Shown: positions 28,386 to 40,963 of the stretch, in pieces
Numbering within the stretch: the stretch's first letter is position 1
Layout: every line of letters begins with the position of its first letter
NCBI RefSeq assembly: GCF_009914755.1
Contig: NC_060946.1
Direction: 5' to 3' (one strand)
DNA length: 64,000 nt
From: the human T2T-CHM13v2.0 reference genome, Homo sapiens
Position numbers and translations under genes: made by a program
The notes under the pieces: generated by a model
Told to the model about the DNA's origin: nothing
The model's input: only the letters and a program-made list of their open reading frames with translations
Databases searched by the model: none

Positions 28386-28702
28386 TTTTTTTTTTCTTTT
28401 TTCTTTTTTTGTTCTTTTTGGGACAAGGTCTCACTTTGTCACCCAGGCTGGAGTACAGTGGTGTGATCATGGCTCACTATATAGCCTTGACCTTCTGGGC
28501 TCAAGCAATCCTCCCATTTCAGCCTCCCAAGTAGTTGGGACCACAGGCACATGCCACCATGCCTGGCTAATTTTTTTTTTTTTTTTAAGAGACAAGATCT
28601 TGTTATCTTGCCCAGGCTGGTCTCAAACTCCTGGGCTCAAGTGATCCTCCAACTCAGCCTCCCAGGTGCTGGGATTACAGGCATGAGACACTGTGCCTGG
28701 CT
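28386..28702 (-). mobile_element. AluJ element
   Basis: Reverse dimer with poly-T. Confidence 0.92.
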
Positions 28703-29158
28703 GGAAGACTTTTTATTACTGATTCAATATTGTTACTCACTATCAGTTTGTTCATATTTTTGGCTTCTTCCTGATTCAGTCTTAGTAAATCAGGAATTTA
28801 TCCATTTCCTCTAGGTTTTCCAATTTATCAGCATATAGTTGTTCGTAATAGTCTCTGGTGATCTTTTATGGTTCTGTGGTCTCAGTTGTTATGTCTCCTT
28901 TTTCATTTCTGATGTTATTTGGATCTTCTTTTTTATTTTCTTATTTAGTCTAGCTAGCAGTTTATTGGTTTTGTTTATCTTTTCAAACAACCAACTTCTC
29001 ATTTTGTTGACGTTCTGTATTTTTTAGTCTCTATTTCATTTAGTTCTGCCCTGATCTTTATTATTTCTTTCCTTCTATTTTTGGGTTTGTTCTTCCCTTT
29101 CTAGTTCCTTGAGGTATGTTGTTAGATTGTTTGAAGTCTTTTTACTTTATTGATATAG

Positions 29159-29543
<385 letters not shown>

Positions 29544-32369
29544 GTATATTGTATTTCTATTTTCATTTGTGTCAGGAAAGTTTTAAACTTCCTTCCTAAT
29601 ATCTTCATTCATTTAGTGATCATTCAGGAGCATGTTATTAAAGTTCCATGTATTTGTCTAGTTTCCAAAGTTTGTTACTGATTTTTAGTTTTATTCCATT
29701 GTGGTCTGAAAAGACATTTCATACAATTTTGATTTTTAAAAATATGTTGAGATATGTCTGTGGCCTATTATCTGTTCTAAAGAATGTTCCACATGCTGAT
29801 GAGAAGACTGTGTTCTGCAGCTGTTGGATAAAATGTTCTATAGATGGCTGTTAGGTCCATTTAGTCTAAAGTGTAGTTAAAATACAACGTTTCTTTTTGA
29901 TTTTCTGTCTAGATGATCTGTCTAATCCTGAGAGCAGGAGGTGTTAAAGTCTCCAACTATTATTGGAGCCTATCTCACCTTTTAGATTTAATAATATTTG
30001 CTTTATATATCTGGGTACTCTAGTGTTGGTACATATATATTTAGAATTGTTATATCCTCTTGCTCAATTAATCCCTTTATCGTTACATAATGACCTTGTC
30101 TCTTTTTACTGTTTTTGACTTAAAGTCTGTTTCATCTGATATTAGTATAGGTATTCCTGCTCAATTTTGGTTTCCATCAGCATGAAATATCTTTTTCCAA
30201 CCCCTTAAATCTGTATGTCTTTACAGGTAAAGTGAGTTTATCGTAGGCAGCATATAGTTGGTTCTGGGGTTTTTAAACATCCATTCATTCAGTCAGTCTA
30301 TATCATTTAAGCAGAAATTTTAATTCTTTTACCTTCAAGGTTATTATTGATAATGTGAGGACTTATTTGTCTTTTTGTTAATTGTTTTCTGGTTGCTTTG
30401 TATATTCTTTGTTCCTTTCTCTCATTGTTTATCACTGTAGTTGGGTGGTTTTCTGTAGTGGTAGCATTTGAGTCCTTTCTCTTCCTCATTTGGGTGACTT
30501 TTCTACCAGTGGGTTTTATACTTTCATGGTTTTCATGATGGTAGAAATCAACATTTTGCTTCCAGGTGTAGGACTCCCTTAAGTATTTCTTGTAGGGTTG
30601 GTCTAGTGGTGATGAATTCCCTCAGTTTCTGCTTGTTTGGGAAAGACTACTTCTTCATTTATGAAGGATAACTTTGCTGGGTATAGTATTCTTGGCTGGA
30701 AAGTTTTTTTCTTTTATTTCAGGACTGAATATATCAACTCAATCTCTGCTTGTCTGTAAAGTTTCTGCTGATAAATCAGCTGTTGGTCTGACAGGAGTAC
30801 CCTCATATGTGACTAGATGCTTTGCTCTTGTTTTTAGAATTCTCTGTTTTTGATGTTTGACAGTTTGGTTATAGTGTGTCATGAAGAAGACCTTTTGGGG
30901 TTGTATCTATTTGTGAATTTCTAAGCATCCTGTATCTGGATGTCTAAATCTCTTAATAGACTTAGAAAGTTTTCAGCTATTATTTTGTTAAATAGGTTTT
31001 CTATGCCTTTGGTCTCTTCACCTTCTTGAACATCCCAGATGTGTATATTTGTTTGCTTTATAGTGTTCCATATGACACATAGGTTTTGTTTGTTCTTTTT
31101 AAAAATTCTTTATTATAGGTTTTTTTTGAGTGTGTCTGATGGGGTTATTTCAAAAGACATCTTCATGCTTCCAAATTCTTTCTTCTGCTTGTTCTAGTCT
31201 ATTGTTGAAGCTCTTTAATAACTTTTTTATTTTATTCATTGGATTTTTCACTTCTAGGATTTTGGTTTTGTTCTTTATAATATCTATCTCTGGTAAATTT
31301 CTCATTTATATCCTGAATTGTTTTTCTGATTTCTTTGTATTGTTAAGTATTGGATTGGCTTTTGTAGGTGAAGACTTCTTTCTGAGGATGTATCTATGGT
31401 GTTGGTTGGGTAGGACATGTTAGCTTTGATTCTGGGTGCATGCAGTAGTGTAGTCTTCCATATTATTTCTTTGGCTATAAACAGCATCAGTGGTGTCTGT
31501 GATTTCCTCAGTGGCTTAGGCTGTGGTTGTTAGTAGGGGGCTGTGGCAAGCTTTTTCTCGGGACAGGAGTGTCAAGTCAGCCAGTCCTTGGGCCCCAGTG
31601 GTGGCAACAACAAGCTGAGGGTGCCTGTCCTTGGGCCCCTGGGCAGTAGAAACAGACACTAACGGAAGCAGGTCCAAACAGGCCTATTCTTGGGCTTCCA
31701 CGTGGCTTGTTCTGGAGCCAGCAGTGGCAGTGGTGAGCTGGATGGGTGGGCAAGTCCTCCGTCCCCTGGGCAGTGTGTGATGGCAGTAGCAGTGGTGGGA
31801 CAACCGTTGGTCTCCAAAGTGGTATGTATTGATGTTAGCAGTAGCTGTGATGGAGTGTGCAGTCCACTCCCAAGGACTCTAGGTGGCATGTGCTGGCTGT
31901 GGTGATAGTGGCAGGCTGGGTGGGCTCATCCTCAGGCCCCCAGAGGGAATGCACAGATGCCAGCTATGATGGACAGGGCAAGATAATCCCCAGGCCCCTA
32001 GGTGGTGTGTCTGGGCCCTGGAGGTCACTGGTGCTAGGCCACGCAGGCTTGTTCTCAGGCCCTCTGGTTTTATACTCAGGCACTGGCTGTAGTGGGGTGA
32101 TCTCCAGGCTCCCTGCAGTGGAGTGCTCAGGTGGCTACAGCAGTGGTGGCAGTGGATGGTGGGAGCCTGTCCCTAGTATGTGCACAAGTATACCTCGGCC
32201 CTACCGCAATTGCGGGGAGGGGAGGGTGTGCTCACAGTGGTTTCAGCCATAGGCAGGTAGTTCTCAGGCTCTAAGGAGCATGCACTATGGCTTGTTTTGT
32301 GCCATGGGCAGCCTCCCTAGTGCACCTCCATTCCCCTGGGCTGCAGGACACTGTGTGTTAGAGCGGTGG

Positions 32370-32795
32370 TGATGCAGGATTTTTTGCTCCTTAGTTCAGC
32401 TAAAATCCAGGTTCTTGTCTCATGACCAGGAAAAAGTAGGTACACAGACACATTGAAAGGTGAGGAGGGCGGAATTTATTAAGTGAAAAGAAAGGTCTCA
32501 ACAAAAAAAGACGGGTCCTGCACGCAGGTTTTCCACCTCAAAAAAATTGAATACCAGGCCACCACACACGAGCTGAAGAGGCTAGACTCCCCTGCAGCGT
32601 AAGGTGTGAATTCCTGGTGGCTCCAGCCCATTCGTCCAGTGCGCATGCAAGCTCTTAGTCTGAGCCACTCCACGCTGATTTACTTCCCTTACTGCGCATG
32701 TGTTAAGAGACAGAATTTTTCACTGTGGGCATGTTTAGGCAAGCCTCCTGTCCACAATGACCTGGGCAGCATTCGGTTGTCTCCTGTCTCTATCA
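32370..32795 (-). mobile_element. MER61-like ERV1 solo LTR nested in the L1 5'UTR
   Basis: TG...CA ends (minus strand starts TGATAGAGACAGGAGACA); AATAAA on the minus strand; flanks GTGG/CTGG (3 of 4 match, ERV1-size TSD). Confidence 0.8.
32727..32746. promoter_or_regulatory. Consensus p53 response element (two half-sites, no spacer)
   Basis: GGGCATGTTT AGGCAAGCCT matches RRRCWWGYYY twice, 20/20. Confidence 0.8.
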
Positions 32796-34994
32796 CTGGG
32801 GACCCTGTCACTTCTGCTGGGTCCAACAGTGGCACACTGCTGCAACCTTCTGGGTAGTTGGGGGTTGGAGGACTCCCAGGATGTGGAGATGCAGGGGCTG
32901 TTAGGTCCCAGGTCAGGATGTAGTCTGGTGGGGGCTGGGCTCTGAAAATGGCACTGTGCTACAGCTGCTTAGGACTTAGGGAATATGTGGGAGCCAGCAC
33001 AAGCTCCCTCTCTGGAGCAATCTATTGCAGTCTCTAGGCAGCTCCCTATGCTAGTCTTGGGGACCACAAGGTTGAGGAGTTCTCCTGTAGCTAAGGTTAT
33101 AGGAGTCCATACTAGGAATGTTGGCCATGAGGATTTCTCACTTACTTCCACACTGGGGAGCCTCTCCAAGCTCCCAGCCAATCCTGGCCAAGCTGGCTGC
33201 CTTGCTTCCCTCTGCTCCTATGCCTTAGGTGTTTCCTGTCATTTCTCTGTTAAATTCCAGTGTTTTCATTTTGATGTTCTATGTGAAGTGTGATTATCTA
33301 CTTACTATTTTGGTTCTTTGTGGAAGAGATGATTGCCAAGATGCCTTTAGGCAGCCATTTTGAAGCCCCTCTCTATTCTCTTATTCTTTTGGCAACTTCC
33401 AATCATGTCAGGATGAGATTAATCTGCAAGAATCCTGCGTGTCTAACCTACACATGCTTTCTTCCAGAAAGGATCTTTGTTTTTCTCAGGAGCCTGGGAC
33501 CTAGAGTCAGTTTAGCCTCCTTGAATGCTCTAACTTCATGCAAAAGTCTGAGGCCCACCTTCCTCTCTTGCTACTGGCTTGAGGCTTAGTTTTCTGATTT
33601 GTTACTGATATAGCATTTGCCTTCAGGCAAACCTGCCTTTGGATTCATTTACATTCATAGCTCCCTGCTCCAATCAGGTTTCAGCTTTGGGTTTATTTGG
33701 TTTGTGCAATTTTTGTTCTGTTTCGCCCTTAGAGATTTCCTTTAGCTCCCATGGATGCAGCAATGCATTAAAAGATATCTTTCATCCAGAATCTAGGTTT
33801 GCTTTTTAATGGCATGAGAACCTTGAGGTTGTCTAGTCCACCACACTGCTGAAAATGTAAGGAGTCAGTAGTATAGTTTTTACCCTGGCGACAATGAAAT
33901 GCCATTAAAGGCTGTTTGAAGAGGAAGTGACATGATCAGATAGATAGGAGTGAGGCTCAGATGAGGAGGTCACTAACAAAGGTATTCTAACAGCCCGGGC
34001 AGGGGATGATAAGGGTCCAAAGTAGGGAGAGAGATGACAGTTAAGATATGATTATCATAGACTTATCACAATTGAGTGATTATTTCTGAATAATTAAGCT
34101 GTTCCAAGTTTATAGGTAGCAAAGCAATGGTAATTATCATTACTAAGCACTAAGCACTCCTAAGTTAAATGAGTCAAATTCTTACAAGGAAGCAAAACAC
34201 CTTTTAAATCTGTATTTATTCTAAACATTTGACCTTGGCAAGAGCCATGGCTGAGCTCTGTAATTGCTGTAGTAATTGCTGTAACCCTTTGCTTATCAAG
34301 ATTTGTAATTGCTGTAGTCCTTTGCTTATCTTAAGGCCACATTGCATGTGGATCCAACAATACAAAAGAAACATCTGCTGCAAAACTCTCTAAGGCACTT
34401 CTAGAGTGGCTGTGTTGTACAATAGTGCTATCATATTACACACTTACAGACACATACACTCATACAAAGAGATACTACAAAATATTTAGAAAGGAAAAAA
34501 GAACATTTGCATGAGCGTAATCAACCCATCAGAAACAAGCTTATTCACTGTCTACTTTGCCTAGTCCTCTAAAGCATCATATTCTGTTGTATGGGAGGTA
34601 GTAATGTAAAGAGGAAGATGCCTACATTTTGTTAAAACTGCTAACTTCAGGAAGAATGAAGCTGTAACTTAAACATGTTGAGCTGTAATCAGAAACATGA
34701 GCAAAGACTACTAGATTTCTCCCAGAATTTTAGTAAGGGACTGGGCATGTTTGTTAATGACCTACATTCAAGGTTTGTTGTGGTTTTTTTTTTAATAGTA
34801 ATGAAAGGTTCAGATTTCTAAATTGCACAGCAGACATACAACCATCATCCAGAAAGCACAGTTAACATTTTTTTTTAATTTGTTTTTTCAAGGAAGGAGA
34901 GCCATATTAAAGAAATAGGGAAAACAATCATCTAAGTTCTGATTTAATTATTTTAGTGCATTGATGTTTAATATTCCCAGAAGAGTAAATATAG

Positions 34995-36545
34995 GATTTT
35001 AAATGGGTGTCTCATAGCCAACTCAAATGTAACAAGACATCTAAAATGTAGCTCTTCATATATCCCCAAACCTATTCTCTCCTCCACCCTCCCTTTCTCA
35101 GTAAATAGAACTATAGGGTGAAAAAGGTGTGATACCCTTCTTCCCCATCATGAGGGTCATGGCCAGCACTCCTGTAACAAAAACATGTTAACAAGAGGAA
35201 AGTATAACAGATTTATTTAATCACAATTTTATATGACATGGGAGTCTCCAGAGATAAAGACTCAAGACTCAGAGAAAACCGTCTGTTTTTAAGCTTAGGT
35301 TGGATGAAGAATTAACAGCCATGTAGAAATGTGATTGGACAAAAGGGAATGGTCAGATGCTAATAGTCTGGGTGGGGAAACCCAGCAAGGCCTGTGTGTT
35401 CAGATTCTTTTTGGTCTCTTTGTGTGACATTCTTTCCTCCCCAGTACAGGGCAGGACCCCTCTGGAATGAGGGTCTTATAACCTATTATCACACAAGGTA
35501 GGTCAGAGAATTTCTTTATAGCTGGCTCCTACGCAGAAAGGCAGGGGAAGGTTCAAGTAGTATTTCTAGTTTCTATGACCCACCTTGGGGAAGAGGAATT
35601 CTAGTTGCTATGGCCTGCCTTGAGAGAGAAAGGGAAACAGGAGAAAGAAGGGCAAGAGAAGAGCAAGGAGAGCCTTTGCTTCTGAAGCTCTTCCGATGTC
35701 CCTCAGTTCAAAGTACTTGGCACACCCAAGTGCCATGCTTTGGGGTATTGTTCTCTGATCCCCAACAGAGTGCCATCACACACTCACTTCTCAGAGGCAG
35801 AACACTAAGAGCCATCTTTCTTTCCATCACTCTGACAATCAGTCATGAGGAAATCCTCAGGGCCAAACTCCAAAGTCTATCTCAAATCTGCCCACTTTCT
35901 TCCATTGCCAGTGCCTTTGTCCTCGGTCACGGTCACTTGGATAGTCAATATAGCTTCTTCCTTATCTTTCTGCTTCTGCTCGCACTTCCTCCCCTATCTC
36001 CAATTTATCCTCCCCAATTTGTGTTTAAATAAATACAAATCAGATTCTATCCCTCCTCTGCTTCTTATGTTCCTGCTGTCTTCGGAACTCAGTCTAAATC
36101 TCCCCACAAGACTTCCGCTGCCCACATGCCATTGCCCCTGCCTGTCTTTCTCTGATCTCTCACACCACCATCCCCTCGTTTGCTACGTTCTAGCCACAAC
36201 GGCCTCCTTGCAATTCTAGAAGCAAACTAACCTTTTCTCCATAACTGAATCTCTCGATTTGCGCTTCCCTCTGCTTGGAATGTTCCTTTCCAGGTTTCTT
36301 CATCCTTCTCGTCTCACCTCATAACATCTCTGCATAAAGGCTTTCTCTGACTACCCTAACTAAAGTTGTTGCTCCCATCATTGCTTCATGAAGCTCCTTG
36401 TTTATTTCCTTCATAGCACATGTTACAATCTATAATTGTTTTGTTTATTATCTATCTTCACCAGAACAGAAGCTCCTTGAAGGCAGAGTCTGCCATGTTT
36501 ACTGCCATAAATCCATGCTGATTACAGTGCCTGAGAGAAACTCAT
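34995..36545. mobile_element. L2 fragment split by a MER39-like LTR
   Basis: L2 motifs on both sides of the LTR (CTCAAATGTAAC..., CTTCCCTCTGCTTGGAATG, AAGCTCCTTGAAGGCAG). Confidence 0.65.
35112..35767 (-). mobile_element. MER39-like (MER4-group ERV1) solo LTR
   Basis: Minus strand starts TGTTGGGGATCAGAGAACAATACCCCAAAGCATGGCAC, matching the recalled MER39 5' end. Confidence 0.75.
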
Positions 36546-36854
36546 TAAGTATCTACTGAATTAAAATCTAATTTCTCAATCTTTCCTTCCAGAATTTTAC
36601 TATTTTACAATTAACACCTAGATGCTGATAACCATGCTTCACTTGATGCTTATAGCAAGTTGAACAATGTCTGGGTTTTGACTCTAATTTAGGGTGTTAA
36701 TTTACTAAGTTGGGGTCTAGAGATCACCTACTATATTGCCAATCAATAAATATAATAGCAATACTTCTCATCAGTATCAAAATTAACAGAAGGCTTTATT
36801 AACAAATTATATGGCTTTATTGAATGGAAGTGTTTCAACAAAGAATCAATGATC

Positions 36855-37450
<596 letters not shown>

Positions 37451-39514
37451 TTGATAATCCTGAGCACTTCTCAATATCCCATTTCCCTCTTTAACCTCAG
37501 GACATCCCCAACCTTTTGCTCTTTTCTCTTCAATACATTACCAATTTCTGATTCATCCAATATTCAGTTCAACAAAAATTAATTCAAAGTCTACTATGTG
37601 CTGGGTACCGTGTTAGGAACTGGGTGTACAAAGGTGAAAGGATAACAAGTGGAGGATTAACAGACATGGTCTCCCTCCCCACAACTCCACATGTCACTGA
37701 ATCCCCAAGGCCCTTCCCCAAGCACAGGCTCCTAAAGATGAAGCCACTATTGCCCAAGGGGAAGGCACATGATGTGTCTAGGAGATGAAAGACTTAAACA
37801 AACAAAAACTAGACTCGTATGTAACAGATAAAGATTTGGGAAGTATACTGGCTGAGCTTCCCCCTCCCCTCATGCCCACCCCTCCATATAAGCTTCTAGC
37901 CCAGACTGAGAATCCTGAGGATAGAGATCTGCAGCAAGAGTCAGATCCTGGCAAGGGCACCAAGGATGTCCCTGGCGAGGGAGGCCTTGCATCTCGAGTC
38001 TGTCAAGGGCTAAGTCTTGGGAGCTGGGGAGACCAGGGAGGGGCTGGTCATCCATCTATCCAACAAGTATTTCTTGAGCACCTACTATTAGCTAGCCACT
38101 GTTCTAGGTACTGAGTGTTCTGTGAATGAAATAGAGAAAAATTCCCCCTCATTCTTCTTTCATTCTGAGGGCGAAGAAGATTTCTATTTGTTTCCCAGGT
38201 GGAGCCTGAAAAAGTGAGCAACACTGCAGAATTCCCTCAACCCTCTTCACCTCACAGCTGAAGGATGGAAGAAATAGAACGGAAGTAGGAGTTGGGAGGG
38301 TGTGGGAAGGGAATATCTGCATCAGTCACTCAAAGTCCCTTACTATGTGAGATGTGTGAGAGACTAGCAGTTTTTGCGCATTAGAGAATTAGCTGAGCGA
38401 GGGTGGCAGAAGTGAAAGGGCCTCAGGTTGGGGACATGGAAGATGCAGAGTGCATGGCTTAACTGTGCTAAGCAGGGCAGTGCTGCTAACGTATCAATTA
38501 ATGTGGGCAGAAACACAGCTGCACAATTAAAAACAATGGGATCAGTTTCCCCTTAGCAGAAGTCAGTGTGAAGAGATGCCCAACAACCCACGGACCAGAT
38601 ATTTCCCCCATCCCCAAAGTTATGATGCCAAGCAGGTCCCCAGAACTTTGAGGTCGTTCTCAAGAGCAAGAGGGAGAAAACAGGAAATCCTGAATTGACT
38701 GAGTTTAAGATGGAAGTAACTAAGAAAACAGAATAACCAAGGTTGTATTTTCTGCCACAGGAAATTTAAGATTTTGGTTTGTTTGTTTTTTTTTGAATTA
38801 CAGACATATAGCTACTCCTTTGGGCACACTTGAGGTCATGGCTTGAAAATATTGTGTCCACAACTAAGCATGAATAAGATGCCATCTTGCCTTTGGGGGG
38901 CTCTTCCAGCTGCCAGACGGCCCTCTGTCCTTTCTCCAACCACCTCTTCTAAGTTACTACTAAGACAGCTCCTCAGTCTGCTCTCTGCCCTCTAGCCTTT
39001 CCTCATTCACTTGTAGCCCTCTACAACCTACTAATTTCAGTGAATACCCCAACATCTAGAAACTCGGGGGAAATCAATGCTACATCTCTGGGTTCCTGCC
39101 ACACTACAGACAGATCCTGGCTTCAGATCAGACTTGAAGTGGTATGAAAGGAAAACCTAAATAAATAATATCGGGGCCAGTGCCAATGCCCACATGCATT
39201 CCCTCACTATTTCCTTAAACATTATTTAAAATTCTATGTGTTTTGAGCACTTCCTCCTTTTCAATAGACTCTCTTTAGCTAATGTTAACAATCAAGTGTC
39301 AACTAGGGATGAGGAAAGTTCTACAAAATTTCAAAAGACAGCCCTGCTGGTGGGGAACCTCGCTGGTGAGCTTAGAGGACTCCCAGTGTGCTGGCCATGC
39401 TGCTCTTCTTTTAAAAAGCCATGATGAATCTTCTTTGAAGACACTTCTAAAGTATATGCAAAAAATACAAAAAGCACTGAGAGGATGGCTGTATTCAATT
39501 GAGGGGCATTTCCA

Positions 39515-40290
39515 ATGATACTTATTCAGCTAACAGACATTTACTGGGGCATTTACTATGTACTAAGCTCTGGATTAGAGGCAGAAACTAGAATGATGAA
39601 CAAGACACAGCCCTTGCTCTCAAAAAACTACAGTGGCTTTGGTTTGATGGTGAGGGAAATAACAGGCAAGGACAACCCAGCAGAATCGGCACCAGATCTG
39701 AGGCAGGCACAGGGTGTCTTCAGAGCCCAGAGGAGGAGAACAATAGCCCCTGCCTTCCAAATGCCAGTGAAGGCTTTCTGGGAAAAGTGACATCTTAGCT
39801 AAATCCCAAGAATGAGCAAGATTCAGACAAATGAATAGGAATGGAGGACGGAGGCAAGGGGAGGGTTTTCCCTGCTGAGAAGTATGCAAAGCATGAGAGA
39901 ATATGGTGTTTGGGGGAAGCAGTTCAGTGTACCAAGCTGGAACATCAGAGGCTGGGGGAAGAAAGGAGGTTAAAGGTGAGGCTGCAGGGGTGAGCACAGG
40001 CCAATGTGGGAAGGAGCTTACCTGCCACACTAAGTTGTTAGAACTTTATCCTAAGGGAGCTTCTCAGAATTGTGACTGATCAGAGCTTCATTTTAGGAAT
40101 GTCCTAAGTCTCTAATTCTGTTTTGACCCCTGATTGCTTCCCTAACTTGCTCACCTCCAGTCCTTTCTTTACAATGCATTCACAGTCATCTTCCTACAGC
40201 AAGGATCTGGCTGTATCATGTCCTTGCTTAAAACACATCAAAGGCTCCCCATTGTTTTTCAGACGCAATAAAAACTCCTCAACATGGCTT
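39515..40290. mobile_element. L2 fragments
   Basis: ATTCAGCTAACAGACATTTACTG start and L2-type body motifs. Confidence 0.55.
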
Positions 40291-40670
40291 ATCCTACGTG
40301 CCACTTTGCCAGGGAAGCTCCAGGTTTACATCTGTTACCCTGGCATAATTTTTCACTTTCACTCTCTAAAGTGGCCTGACTGAACAATAAACATATGGCC
40401 ACCTCTTCTACACCTGATCTTAGCCCAAAGGCCGGGAAGCAATATGGTCACCTTTACATATAAGACCTTGCTCACCTCTTCAAGGCCTCTCCTGCCATCC
40501 ACCTCATCCTGAGGCTCTGCTAAACTTCCTTCCATTCTCCCAACTGGCCAAGTCTCTCTTGCCCACTCCTCCTGTTCCTCCCACCCCAGCCTCTCACATT
40601 GTTCATGCTGCCTGAGATTCTCTTCTCTCCTCACTTGGTTTGGCTCATTCTGCGTAGTAGGCAAAATAGT

Positions 40671-40864
40671 GCAGTGAACTGTTTTTCAAAATGTGGGTTG
40701 TGACCAATTAGTGGGTAGTGAAATAAATTTTGTGGGTCACATCTAAATTTTTTTAAAAAGTAAAATGACTAAGATAGATCAGAGTACACTGTCAATAAAC
40801 ATTGTTTTGTGAAACTGTGAAACTCTTGTTTTAGGGGTGTGTGTGTGTATATATATATACGTAC

Positions 40865-40899
<35 letters not shown>

Positions 40900-40963
40900 C
40901 TGGGTCATGACATAAAAGGCATTTCTGACTGTGGGTCACAGTCAAAAGGTTTGAAACACATCA
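40671..40963. mobile_element. hAT-Charlie MITE (MER112-like) containing a (TG)n/(TA)n microsatellite
   Basis: TTTTCAAAATGTGGGTTGTGACC...TGTGGGTCACAGTCAAAAGGTTTGAAA; repeated TGGGTCAC motifs. Confidence 0.6.

Noticed and set aside
31350-33370. GC-rich stretch as a CpG-island promoter or coding region
   Set aside because: CpG-depleted; explained by an old L1 5'UTR plus a nested LTR
37637-38780. GC-richer segments and ORF 37785-38114
   Set aside because: Probably very old LTR remnants that I cannot assign; no convincing splice signals
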